The translations under genes and the position numbers were made by a program. A stretch of 53,864 nucleotides of DNA, taken from a virus (taxonomy: Duplodnaviria; Caudoviricetes). Below the pieces are notes generated by a model, which saw only the letters and a list, made by a program, of their open reading frames with translations, did not search any database and was not told the DNA's origin. Shown here piece after piece: positions 44,629-53,864 of the stretch. Position 1 is the first letter of the stretch; each line of letters starts with the position of its first letter. The DNA lies in IMG/VR virus record IMGVR_UViG_3300034068_000313, positions 1-53,864 of that record. The stretch is one strand, 5' to 3'.

Positions 44629-45378
44629 TCACGCACCAAACATCACTGACCAAGTTTGCTTGCCAACAATTCCGTCAGCAGGCTTCACGTTCTTCGATGC
44701 TTGCCAAGCCTTGACAGCAGTCGCAGTCTTTGCACCGAAGTCACCGTCAGCCTTCACACCGACCATCGCTTGCACAAGTTTGACTGCGTCACCTTTGCTA
44801 CCGACCTTCACGGCCTTACCCGGATATGCGAAAGACAAACTGCCCGACGCTGGGGCTGGGGCTACCTGTGCAGCGGCTGGTGCTGCGGAGTTAGGTTGAA
44901 TCGTTCCCGCTTTGATGCCAGCAAAGACTTGCTCGTAGTAGGCAGGGTCATCGGCGTGGTCGTTGGCGATCTCTAAGTGCCACCAATCTCCACCCGGTGT
45001 TCCGATGGTTGGCTTGTCGTAAACCTTCCAAGCCATACGGTCACACTTCCATCCACGACCGTGAGGTGCGAGGAAGTAGTCATGCAACTCTTCAATGAAC
45101 AACACTTCGGAGTACGCAACAAGAAAGTCAAGCACTTCCAAAGCGGCCTTGTAGTTGCCGTACCCTTTACCACTGCTCAGGCGACGCCAAGATATGTCTG
45201 CGGCACGACCTGTTCCGTGAACTGAGGGTCGACCTGAACCTCGTGATGCTCGAACAACCCACGTGCCGTTGTTACTGATCGCACCGTTGAAGTGAGCGCA
45301 CAAGAGTTGCACGAGTTTCTCTGTACCCATGCGCTTGCCTGTGGCGTCTTTGTCCCAGCCTGTATATTTGCGAGCCAT
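44629..45378 (-). CDS. Endolysin (M15-like Zn peptidase plus peptidoglycan-binding domain)
   Basis: SVHGTGRAAD…DWWHLEI; C-terminal GSKGDAVK…DGDFG..T..AVKAWQ…DGIVG..TW. Confidence 0.9.
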   Translation of the reverse strand: MARKYTGWDKDATGKRMGTEKLVQLLCAHFNGAISNNGTWVVRASRGSGRPSVHGTGRAADISWRRLSSGKGYGNYKAALEVLDFLVAYSEVLFIEELHDYFLAPHGRGWKCDRMAWKVYDKPTIGTPGGDWWHLEIANDHADDPAYYEQVFAGIKAGTIQPNSAAPAAAQVAPAPASGSLSFAYPGKAVKVGSKGDAVKLVQAMVGVKADGDFGAKTATAVKAWQASKNVKPADGIVGKQTWSVMFGA

Positions 45379-45379
45379 G

Positions 45380-45793
45380 TTATTTCTCTTTCTTTCCGGA
45401 CTGCTTCTTCACTGCTGGCTTCTTGGTAGCCGTCACAGGGGTAGTAGAGACCTTCTTGACAGGTCGTTTCTGTGTTGGTGCTGGTTCGACAACGCGTACC
45501 TCAAACGGAACCTCAACACGTTCGACAACACGCTTGACACGCTCGTAGCCGACACGTAGTACAGAAGCAGACGAGTCACCGACAGGAAGGTTGATAGCCG
45601 CAAGGCTTTTCACCACTGACAGTGCAGCGGGTAAAGCGGACAAAGCACACGTCTTCAAGACGGATAGGTCGGCAACCTCGGTGAAACCTGTGTTCGCGGC
45701 TACTAGCAGGCCAGCAAACACTTGAACGTACGTTGCGACGGCACGTTCAAGAACGTCCTGAACACTTCGCACTAATGGGGTCTTAGTGGTCAT
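45380..45793 (-). CDS. Holin (r1t-like) with basic tail
   Basis: LERAVATYVQVF…ALSVVKS; adjacent to the endolysin. Confidence 0.8.
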   Translation of the reverse strand: MTTKTPLVRSVQDVLERAVATYVQVFAGLLVAANTGFTEVADLSVLKTCALSALPAALSVVKSLAAINLPVGDSSASVLRVGYERVKRVVERVEVPFEVRVVEPAPTQKRPVKKVSTTPVTATKKPAVKKQSGKKEK

Positions 45794-45917
45794 AGCCCGT
45801 CACCCTAGCGGGTTCAGGGTTGTTCTCATTGGAACTATCGCACTCGCCAAGGCTTAGGAACAACACAAAGACTGCGAACCACCAACAGACCATCACAAGT
45901 CTGCTTTCTCTGCTCAT
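45783..45917 (-). CDS. Possible 44-aa membrane peptide
   Basis: MSRESRLVMVCWWFAVFVLFLSLGEC…; ATGA coupling. Confidence 0.4.
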   Translation of the reverse strand: MSRESRLVMVCWWFAVFVLFLSLGECDSSNENNPEPARVTGYDH

Positions 45918-46051
45918 GCAACCTGTTCCTCGGCGGGCTTATTTTCTTGACCGATGTACGCTTCAAGCAAAGCAATCTTGTGCGCTTGCTCTGCGATCTG
46001 TCGCAAGAGTGATTCGATAACTTTGTTTGCGTCTAATTGTTGGTCGCTCAT
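45914..46051 (-). CDS. 45-aa coiled-coil protein
   Basis: MSDQQLDANKVIESLLRQIAEQAHKIALLEA…; GGAG RBS; ATGA overlap. Confidence 0.65.
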   Translation of the reverse strand: MSDQQLDANKVIESLLRQIAEQAHKIALLEAYIGQENKPAEEQVA

Positions 46052-47211
46052 GTTGTCTCCAGTGCTTTGATTCTTTTGCGTAATTCTTTTACTTCAGCAA
46101 CGAGTACAGATACTACGCCGTGAAACTTCCAGCCAGCAGGTTCTAGCCCGCCGTTGCCGTTGTCACGGTATTGAGCCAAGAAACCTGTGCCTACTTCTGC
46201 GACTTCTTCTGCGATGAATCCGTACTCAAGGTCACGGTCTTTCCAACTTGCTGAGAGTTCGTCGTCTGTGTCGTCGATCTTTGCTTGATACGTGACAGGG
46301 TTCAGTTGATCTATGAGTGAACCGCTGTCTGTGATCGTGACGATGTTGCGCTTGCCAGCACGCATAGAAGTGAAGTGTGCATAATTCCCAAGCCCACCAG
46401 TTGAACGCACAACATATTGAAAGCCAGTGAGCGTTGCTGTTGCTGTTGAAGTGTTCCAAATGTTGTCAACTGTTAGAAGTCCGGTCACGTTCGTTGCTGT
46501 AGAAGAAACGGCGAGATACTTTGTAGCGTTCACACCGATCTGTACGTTCTGACCGCTTGCACCATCACCGAAACGAATGAACCCCATGTACGTTGAATCG
46601 ACGAGACGTTGAATCGTGTAAGCCGCTGACTCCCAATTTGTACCATTGGCAAGTCTGTTCGCTGTGAGTAACAAGAAGTCACCGTTGCTCGTCGTCGATG
46701 TCAACTTGAAATGGATAAGCGAGTTAGTAGCAGTCGTTCCCAAAGCACCGAGCGACGCTTCAACAGTTTGTGAACTCGTTACACCTACGAAAGTTCCCGT
46801 CACTTGTCCAGCAGGAATGAGGGTGCAGTTAGTCAACGCCCCGCTCGCTGGTGTACCAAGAACAGGTGCGGTGAAAGTAGGTGACGTGAGTGTGATACCA
46901 GCAAGCGTCAATGCGGCACTCGCTCGACTCAAAGCGACAGAAGTAGTACCAATGTTGACTGATGGAAGACGAGCCGAGGCAACAGTTCCGCTAGACAAGT
47001 TCGTTGCGTTGAGCGTCGTTAGGTTCGCACCTGACACTGCACCAAATAAGCCTGACCATGTACCTGTTGTAATTGTGCCAACACTTGTGAGTGATGACGT
47101 GACGATACTTGGTGCAAGAGTTGTGCCGACGAGTGTGCTGGCGTTGATATTTGCGAACGCTGTGTTCAGTGATCGTGTGCTGACTTGTGTACCTTGACCG
47201 AACGCTGTCAT
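46048..47211 (-). CDS. Tail fibre with C-terminal intramolecular chaperone (peptidase S74-like)
   Basis: SSLTSVGT fibre repeats; TS…KRNI…LNPVTY…GFIAEEV…LVAEVKELRKRIKALE. Confidence 0.85.
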   Translation of the reverse strand: MTAFGQGTQVSTRSLNTAFANINASTLVGTTLAPSIVTSSLTSVGTITTGTWSGLFGAVSGANLTTLNATNLSSGTVASARLPSVNIGTTSVALSRASAALTLAGITLTSPTFTAPVLGTPASGALTNCTLIPAGQVTGTFVGVTSSQTVEASLGALGTTATNSLIHFKLTSTTSNGDFLLLTANRLANGTNWESAAYTIQRLVDSTYMGFIRFGDGASGQNVQIGVNATKYLAVSSTATNVTGLLTVDNIWNTSTATATLTGFQYVVRSTGGLGNYAHFTSMRAGKRNIVTITDSGSLIDQLNPVTYQAKIDDTDDELSASWKDRDLEYGFIAEEVAEVGTGFLAQYRDNGNGGLEPAGWKFHGVVSVLVAEVKELRKRIKALETT

Positions 47212-47693
47212 TACGCAGGCCCAATATCTTCAACAAGCAAGAATGACGGGATAGTCGCTTGACGTTGCAGAACGGGAGTACCTGTAACTGCGCTCGAACT
47301 AGCCCCACCAATGATCGTCACAGAACTTGTACCCAACGCACTCGTCACAGCAGTTGTCACTACTGTTCCGTATATCTTCACAGCGGCAGAAGTTTGTATG
47401 ACACCCTGATTGAGTAACGTGCCTGCTGTAGTCCCCACAAATATCTTGAGAATCGTGCTACCCGAAGTAACAGAAGGGGTCTCTACGATTGGTTCATAGT
47501 ACGTGATCTTGTAGTTGCGATTTGCAGAAGGTACGAACGTGACAGTCATGCCCGTTGCTTGTGTCATTGTTGCAGTGAGCGTGTAGTTGCTCGCTGAACT
47601 TGCGTACGCCATAATTCCACGAGGGAATCGGTTGCTCTGATCTGCTGTATAGACAGCACCAGCAGTGAACGTTGTGTTGGGATTGATTGCCAT
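47211..47693 (-). CDS. Minor tail protein
   Basis: FTAGAVYTADQSN N-terminal motif; VEDIGPA C-terminus. Confidence 0.75.
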   Translation of the reverse strand: MAINPNTTFTAGAVYTADQSNRFPRGIMAYASSASNYTLTATMTQATGMTVTFVPSANRNYKITYYEPIVETPSVTSGSTILKIFVGTTAGTLLNQGVIQTSAAVKIYGTVVTTAVTSALGTSSVTIIGGASSSAVTGTPVLQRQATIPSFLLVEDIGPA

Positions 47694-47706
47694 AATTAGT
47701 CCTTTG

Positions 47707-48696
47707 TTACGTGTAGATCAGTTGAATCCAACCAGAGAAGTCTCTGTTGCCTAATAAGAACGCAGGCTGATTCGTGTGCGCCGAACCACCGATGCCTTGC
47801 ATTGAACCACTAGCCAAGCCCGCAAGTATCGAAGAGTTCAGAGCGACTGTTGCAGACGCACTGTCAACGTTCAACGCACCTGTCGACACACCTGTACCGC
47901 TGAACGTTGCCGCACCTGAGGCACTGCCGAGGTTGTGACCTTGAAGTGTCCACGAGCCTGAGTTGCCTCTGTTCGAGTCTGATGATGCCGCACGCTTCAC
48001 GAAGATCGTTCCGCTGTCTGCTTGCCAAGTCAAACACTTGTCATAGATCGTGTTCGAGCCATAGAACCAGCAACCGTACGCACGAGTGGTTGATGACAGA
48101 CCGACGATGCCTTCAACAGTTGTGCCAAGCCATGCAGTGTTTGCGAGGTTTCTAGAGTCAGCAACAGGTGTACCCGATGGGAAGAAGTTGTATGTACCAA
48201 GAGGCTTCGTATAAGTGAACGCAGAATACTGACCGTTCTGATCGCCGTTAGTTGTGAGACCAACGTTGTCTGTCGCACTGATCCAGTAGTACGTCTGAAA
48301 CACGTTGCCAGTAGGCGTGTTACGAATACCGCTAGGAACGCTGAACGTATGCGAACCAGCACCACCCGTACCGATAGAGATGCTTTGATAGTTGTTCGTG
48401 TAAGTGTTTGTCGTGACGTTGTATAAGCCTTGATTCAATGTTGCTGATGCAACACCTGAGTCAGCGTCAGTGACAGTAGCCCACGCAACAAGATCGCTTG
48501 AACCGCCAGCAGTGACCGTCGGCTTAGGTACGACAGGCGGTGTCGTGTCGTACTGATACACAGTCACGAACGAAGTACCGTTGTAAACCTTGATGAAGTT
48601 CACTCGTGACGTTGTTGAAGGACTCGTGTATGCGTAGACGTTCGTGCTCGAAGTGACAGTCGTCGGTGACCCGCTCTTGTAGATGTAAGAAGGCAT
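47707..48696 (-). CDS. Minor tail protein
   Basis: Ser/Thr/Gly-rich beta protein with a DTTPP Fn3-like segment. Confidence 0.7.
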   Translation of the reverse strand: MPSYIYKSGSPTTVTSSTNVYAYTSPSTTSRVNFIKVYNGTSFVTVYQYDTTPPVVPKPTVTAGGSSDLVAWATVTDADSGVASATLNQGLYNVTTNTYTNNYQSISIGTGGAGSHTFSVPSGIRNTPTGNVFQTYYWISATDNVGLTTNGDQNGQYSAFTYTKPLGTYNFFPSGTPVADSRNLANTAWLGTTVEGIVGLSSTTRAYGCWFYGSNTIYDKCLTWQADSGTIFVKRAASSDSNRGNSGSWTLQGHNLGSASGAATFSGTGVSTGALNVDSASATVALNSSILAGLASGSMQGIGGSAHTNQPAFLLGNRDFSGWIQLIYT

Positions 48697-48705
48697 CAGC
48701 AAGCC

Positions 48706-49182
48706 TCAGATCTGATACCAAATATCGCCAGCGGCAGGCGAACCCGGTGCTGTACTACTGATATGAACCTTAGAAGAAGTCGGTGTGAAGCCTGAGACAG
48801 TACCTCGTTGATACACCGTCGCACCGTCTGTCTGTGTTGAAGTAATAGTTCCGTTCACAAGTTTTGCACCTGTGATCGTCGTCGCCGCAATATCACCACC
48901 GACAATAGTTAGATCAGTGATCATCGCAGAAGTTACTTGACCCCACGCAATACCACCCGACGCTGTGCTGTCAGTAATAAGAACTCTGCTTGCCGCACCG
49001 ACAGCAGTCTTCACAAGAGCGTTCGCTGTAGCACTACCACTGAGTAGATCGCCTTTCGCTGTCACGAGAACTTGATTCGTGCCGTTCGACAAAGCGTTCA
49101 CAACTGTGTTCGTAGCGTTGATGTCTGCCGCATAGAACGTGTCACCGTTGAGATATGCGACGTTGAGTGTTGTAGTTGCCAT
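48706..49182 (-). CDS. Minor tail / fibre protein
   Basis: TAKGDLL…ITDLTIVGGDIA repeats; APGSPAAGDIWYQI end. Confidence 0.75.
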   Translation of the reverse strand: MATTTLNVAYLNGDTFYAADINATNTVVNALSNGTNQVLVTAKGDLLSGSATANALVKTAVGAASRVLITDSTASGGIAWGQVTSAMITDLTIVGGDIAATTITGAKLVNGTITSTQTDGATVYQRGTVSGFTPTSSKVHISSTAPGSPAAGDIWYQI

Positions 49183-49192
49183 AGTTTCTCCT

Positions 49193-52153
49193 CTAGTAGA
49201 CCAAGATGTTGGTGTCTAAGATTCCCTGATTCGCTGAGTCAAGAACTAGGCCGTCACCGCCGACGGGTTCTGCTAACTCGAAAGTCATATCCCAATTCGC
49301 AGGCGTAATCGAATGAGTGATGCCTTGAATTGTGAGAGTGCGTGAGATCGTTCCGTTGGCATAGTTCTTTGTGACTGTTACCGGGTCAAGCAGTTCGGCG
49401 TTCACAACTGACTCTGCGTCAGACAACATTGTTGAAGTCGAGCCGTGTGCTGTGCCTGTCCACGTAGTGAACCCACGAGGCGACACCGAACCATCAAAGT
49501 ATGTACCAGCAGTTGATGACTGCTCGAACATTGCAGAGTCTAGATACACCCTTTGTGCCGCAGTGATTGACGTTGAGTTGTTTACTGTGCCTGTCCAACT
49601 TGAGTCAGTTGTGTTCCCGTCGAAGTAGGTGTTCAGCGTTGACGAATCCTCGAACAGCACTGCGTCTATCCGATGACTGTCACTGAGAGCACCTGTGTTG
49701 GTACTTATTAGGCGTAGGTCTGCTCTGACTGCACCGGCTGGTGCTGTACCTGTAATAGATAGACGGGTACTCGTAGCGCAAGCATCGGCTGAACTATTTG
49801 CCAAACTAATAAAAACACCTGCGCTGTCGTACCAGTCGATGCGTGCGCTGTAAGTTCGTGAACCGACAAGCCTCAACACTTGTGCCGAGAAAGTGTAAGT
49901 CGCACCCGCATAAATGGGGAACACACCCGTACCACCGCACGACGGTCCGTACGCTGTCGTCACTAATGCGACACACACCATCGACCATGAACCACTACCA
50001 CCAGCAATAGTGCCAGCCGTTCTTGTATTGGTACAACTACCGCCCGTAGTATTCCAGTTCGCAACATCAGACTCGAACGACGGGTTCAAGATTAGGTTCG
50101 TGCGAGGAAGTATTGACGTTGAGTTGTTAGCAGTGCCTGTCCATGTTGCACCCGGTCTTGTTCCGTCGAAGTAACTGTTCAGTGTTGACGACTCTTCTAC
50201 AAGCACAGCGTCTATATAGGAGACGTTAGATAGAGACGGATTATTTACTTGCGTGAAAATAGAAATGTCAATGTTATTTGTACTCGCTACGGTAGTCCCT
50301 GAGACGGAGACTCTCGTCCAGCCTGCGCCGACGTTGATAGTGGTTGCCGTACCAGTGATAGTCCCAATTAGAAAGCCAGCGTTCCAGCATCGTATGTCTA
50401 TTCTGTGTTGCCTATTGTTGCCAGCGAAGTTATAGATATATGCGCTCGCTGTTACTTGTACGCCTGCGCCTACTGTGCTATTTGGGTCGTAGGAGAGTCT
50501 GACTAGAGGGTCCGTAGCAGAAGTTGATGTAACGCTTAGAGACGCTGTGCCTATATAAGACGCGCTGGTAATTCTTGCGAGAGTACATATCGCACCAGTC
50601 CAGCCTGTCGTGTCCGTCTCGAACGAAGGGTTCGGGCATAAGTTTGTACGATCACGAATAGTGAGTAGCGAACCTGACAAGCGAGCAACAAGCACAACAG
50701 TTCCAGCAACCGTGACATCTTTAGTCACTGAGAATCTCACCCACGAACCAGCAACGAGAGTCGCATTGCTTTGCGACACAGACGAAACAGTTGCAGTGCC
50801 ACCTTCTCTATCAACACTCACAGTACGACCAGCAAGAGTTGACGTTGCGGGAATGTAGACATACATCGAGAACACGTACCGCCCAACAGTTGATGCGGTG
50901 ACTGTTGCGTTCCCGATATTTGAGTCATACGATGACGACATTATTACTTGAAGAGACTTCGTACCTGAATGAGCGGCAACTGTTGAAACAGTATTAGAAC
51001 TCTGTGCTGATGACCAACTTGTTGTGTTCGTCTCGAACGATGGATTTGTAGAGAGATTCGTTCGAGATGTTTCAGCAAGGCTAGTGACATTGAAGTCGAT
51101 TGAGTCGAGAGTCACTTTCGGATTACGTCTGAATCCGAGAAGATAGTTTGCTTGATTCGTTGCTTCAGCATCACTCGTCAACAGTGAACCCGTCTTTGAC
51201 AGACTGCGGTTGAAGTAGTCAGTGATGCTCTCCGAGTCTGTCGCAAGACTTCCGCTGAGTGACTCACCCTCGATTGAAATATAGTTGATGATCTGCTGAT
51301 CGTCGAAACCAACTTGCACACCTGTGTACGGCAGTCCTGTCGTCTCGTTGAACGTCAACGGTGTTTCGGTTACTCCAGCGGCTAGAAGTTGTAAACCTTG
51401 ACGACTCTTGAATGTATAGAACCCTCGCTTGTCAACAAAGAACGCACCGACTTCAGCACTCTCCACCTGTTGTATCGCTTCAAGACCTGTGCGATCAGTA
51501 TCAGGGTCACTGTCGACTTGCGTGTTGCCTGTTGCGAGTTCACGGATATTGTTCGGCACGCTCAAGGCGTTCAAGATATATCCAATGCGAGTTCCCGTGT
51601 AGTCACCTGCGACTGCCGATGCGATCGTTGAAACTCTTGACATATTCAACACACGGAACGCATCTTCTGCTTCGATCGTGACCAGTGTTGCGTTGATACC
51701 CGGCTCGAAGTTGTACGTATAGCGTGTCGTGTAACCGTTGAAGAGTTGATACACAGTCGAGCCGACAGTCGCAACGATACGAAACTGACGCAACGGCAAC
51801 ACGAACGGATACAGACTCGATGACGTGTTGTCAGGATTGAACTGACCTGTCTCATCGATGAACGTACAAGTCGCTGTACCTGTATCGAAACTGTCAATCG
51901 CTCTTGTACGACCACGATGAATACTGACATCAGTGATTGAACCACTGATGCTGATGAACGCCGCTTGCGCTGGACCAAGTAGCATCGGTGTACCGATACC
52001 GAAGTATGCAGTGTTAGGTACACCCGTGTTCACACCAGCAGGCGTTGTCGCACCAAGCAAAGCACCTAACTTCACAGTGCCAAGAATTGATGTACCGTCA
52101 ACAGCGAAAGATGATGCAGGTCGAATCAGAACGTCGATATCAGGTAGCGTCAT
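49193..52153 (-). CDS. Tail tip / hub protein with three inserted carbohydrate-binding-like modules
   Basis: SIHRGR…F..G…F.P.N hub motifs directly after the tape measure gene; three RTNL..NPSFE repeats. Confidence 0.85.
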   Translation of the reverse strand: MTLPDIDVLIRPASSFAVDGTSILGTVKLGALLGATTPAGVNTGVPNTAYFGIGTPMLLGPAQAAFISISGSITDVSIHRGRTRAIDSFDTGTATCTFIDETGQFNPDNTSSSLYPFVLPLRQFRIVATVGSTVYQLFNGYTTRYTYNFEPGINATLVTIEAEDAFRVLNMSRVSTIASAVAGDYTGTRIGYILNALSVPNNIRELATGNTQVDSDPDTDRTGLEAIQQVESAEVGAFFVDKRGFYTFKSRQGLQLLAAGVTETPLTFNETTGLPYTGVQVGFDDQQIINYISIEGESLSGSLATDSESITDYFNRSLSKTGSLLTSDAEATNQANYLLGFRRNPKVTLDSIDFNVTSLAETSRTNLSTNPSFETNTTSWSSAQSSNTVSTVAAHSGTKSLQVIMSSSYDSNIGNATVTASTVGRYVFSMYVYIPATSTLAGRTVSVDREGGTATVSSVSQSNATLVAGSWVRFSVTKDVTVAGTVVLVARLSGSLLTIRDRTNLCPNPSFETDTTGWTGAICTLARITSASYIGTASLSVTSTSATDPLVRLSYDPNSTVGAGVQVTASAYIYNFAGNNRQHRIDIRCWNAGFLIGTITGTATTINVGAGWTRVSVSGTTVASTNNIDISIFTQVNNPSLSNVSYIDAVLVEESSTLNSYFDGTRPGATWTGTANNSTSILPRTNLILNPSFESDVANWNTTGGSCTNTRTAGTIAGGSGSWSMVCVALVTTAYGPSCGGTGVFPIYAGATYTFSAQVLRLVGSRTYSARIDWYDSAGVFISLANSSADACATSTRLSITGTAPAGAVRADLRLISTNTGALSDSHRIDAVLFEDSSTLNTYFDGNTTDSSWTGTVNNSTSITAAQRVYLDSAMFEQSSTAGTYFDGSVSPRGFTTWTGTAHGSTSTMLSDAESVVNAELLDPVTVTKNYANGTISRTLTIQGITHSITPANWDMTFELAEPVGGDGLVLDSANQGILDTNILVY

Positions 52154-53853
52154 ATCGTTGTCGTTCTTCCCGACTTCTGAATCTTCAACAAGCCGACACG
52201 TACTGCTTCAACAAGGTTGCGCTCAGAAGTGACAGAGCCGTTCACGTTCACAGTGACGTACGTGTCACCACCACCGCCGTAGTTGTTCATCTGCGACAAA
52301 GGAATGATCGCTTCAGGCCCGCTCTCACCGATTACACCGATACTCGGCTTCATAGCGATACCACCTTGACTGTGGAATCCACTGAAGTCAATACCCGGCG
52401 GCAAGTAGATACCGCCAACGATTGCGCCACCGTTCGCAAGCGCACCGTCAGCAAGGTTCGTCTGCTGACCCGCTGTGAAGTTCGAGTACGCCGATGCCGC
52501 AACAGGTGTCGTGAGTTTGTCGATGCCACCTTGAAAGCCTGCAAGGAACGTGAACATCGTGTCGTGAAGATCAACCTGAATTGCTGTGACGAGAGCCGCC
52601 ATCTGCGTGCTCACACTCTCAAGACTTGACTCAAGCCCGTTGACAAGTGTTTGCTGTTGTTCGAACTGTGCTTGTGCTTGTGCAACAGCGTCAGTGAACA
52701 GTTGACGCACGAGAGCGTTCTGAGTTGCTAGTGCGCTCTCTGCGCCAGCAATGTCAGCACCGAACACAACTTCGCCTACAAGAGCACCCGACTCTGTAGC
52801 GATCGCTGATATCTGTGATCGAACATTCAACAGTTCAGCGATGTCTCCTGCTGACATACTGAGAAGACTCTTGGCGATCTTGTTGCCTTCAAGAACGCCT
52901 GCTTGTGCGACCTGTGCGATGATGTCTGAACCGAATCCTGCATCACGCAACGATGTCAAGTTGTCACGGAACGTCGTCGCTTCAGCGAGCATCTTGCGTG
53001 CGTTGCCGAGCGGGTTCTTTGCTGTGATCGGTTGCACCACAGAATCCGAAACACTCTTTGCAAGATCACTTTGCTGTTGCTTGAGTGATTCACTCTTGGC
53101 GAACAGTTCGTCGTACTGCTTCTGTGCCGCTAACGCTTGATCGAGCAACGTATTCGACGGCGCTGTACTGCCTGTGATCGTTGCGTCGAACTTGCCTGCG
53201 GCAACTTGCACCTCTTCAAGTGTTGACTTGAATTCCTCTAGTGCTTTTGTTGCGTCTGCGAGTTGTGTTGTGAGTACGTCACGTACGTCAGCCATGTTGC
53301 TGAGTCGAGCGAACTGTGCCTTGATCTTGTCGATGAAGCCCGCGAACTGTGGCAACTTGTCTAGCCCGAGACGGACTGCTTCGTCGAGTGTTGCTTGTAA
53401 TGCTTTGCCAATTTCTTTTGACGAGCCATAAAGAAGCGCGTCGCGGAAGTCTGTTGACATCAGTTCATTCGCATAGCCCGCAAGGTCATTGACCATATTC
53501 TCAACGAAAGCCGCCAAGTCATTAGGTGCTTGAGTCTTTGTACTACCGCCACCGCCACCGCCACCACGACCAGTTGGACTGCCACCCGTAGTACCAATCG
53601 CAGACCTGATTGCCTTCAAGTCCGAGAGAGTCTTACTCAATCTCATCGTCGTGTCGCCAGTAGCAGCACCAGCAGCCCACAACATATTCCCTATAGCCGC
53701 CTGAACGTTGGCGATCTGTTTGTCAAGGTCGGCAGTATTGATAGCGAAGTTCACACCGAACTCTGCTTCAAGTCCATCGAGTATCCCCATCGAGTCAATG
53801 AGTCCACGTACCTCTTCATCGGTGTAGCCAGCAGCACGAGCAGCGTCACCCAA
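52150..53853 (-). CDS. Tape measure protein, C-terminal part
   Basis: In frame with 2701..1 across the overlap; C-terminal GGI…IGESGPEAIIPL and VTVNVNGSV motifs. Confidence 0.9.
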   Translation of the reverse strand: MGDAARAAGYTDEEVRGLIDSMGILDGLEAEFGVNFAINTADLDKQIANVQAAIGNMLWAAGAATGDTTMRLSKTLSDLKAIRSAIGTTGGSPTGRGGGGGGGSTKTQAPNDLAAFVENMVNDLAGYANELMSTDFRDALLYGSSKEIGKALQATLDEAVRLGLDKLPQFAGFIDKIKAQFARLSNMADVRDVLTTQLADATKALEEFKSTLEEVQVAAGKFDATITGSTAPSNTLLDQALAAQKQYDELFAKSESLKQQQSDLAKSVSDSVVQPITAKNPLGNARKMLAEATTFRDNLTSLRDAGFGSDIIAQVAQAGVLEGNKIAKSLLSMSAGDIAELLNVRSQISAIATESGALVGEVVFGADIAGAESALATQNALVRQLFTDAVAQAQAQFEQQQTLVNGLESSLESVSTQMAALVTAIQVDLHDTMFTFLAGFQGGIDKLTTPVAASAYSNFTAGQQTNLADGALANGGAIVGGIYLPPGIDFSGFHSQGGIAMKPSIGVIGESGPEAIIPLSQMNNYGGGGDTYVTVNVNGSVTSERNLVEAVRVGLLKIQKSGRTTTI

Positions 53854-53864
53854 ACGAAGAACCA
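53850..53864. repeat. 15-bp terminal direct repeat, copy 2
   Basis: Identical to 1..15. Confidence 0.9.

Noticed and set aside
49560-50190. Near-identical ~30-60 bp repeats in the tail tip gene as a diversity-generating retroelement TR/VR pair
   Set aside because: Both copies are in-frame ends of repeated protein modules, differences are not adenine-specific, and no reverse transcriptase is present

Overview
This is an apparently complete ~53.85 kb tailed phage genome with a siphovirus-type tail, opened inside the tape measure gene: the first and last 15 bp are identical and the reading frame joins across the ends. WhiB, leaderless promoters and gene content point to an actinobacterial host (inference). 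No integrase, DNA polymerase, tRNA or CRISPR array was seen. Most genes are on the minus strand. The virion/lysis arm runs terS-terL-(GP88-like radical-SAM-like gene)-portal-MuF with a C-terminal HExxH domain-prohead protease-scaffold-capsid-neck-Com-like zinc finger-two tail tube paralogues-frameshifted tail chaperone-tape measure-tail tip-fibres-holin-endolysin. There is also a replication/recombination block (RecT-like, DUF932, initiator with iterons, HNH, RusA), a 7-deazaguanine DNA-modification cluster (ParB-like, DpdA, QueC, QueD, QueE and a phosphoribosyltransferase-FolE fusion) and an amino-methyltransferase. Four clusters of small unknown genes sit behind a shared composite element (about 10-bp-periodic GC-rich arm, TATGCAGGG box, sigma-A-type promoter, mostly leaderless). 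Two of these clusters are inserted antisense inside the structural arm. The best leads are the PRTase-FolE fusion, the repeated composite promoter element, a Com-like protein with candidate GUGWCC-doublet targets in tail-gene leaders, a MuF toxin/immunity pair, a prohead protease split across genes 6 kb apart, and nested carbohydrate-binding modules in the tail tip. All family calls are from motif recognition by eye, not from database searches.
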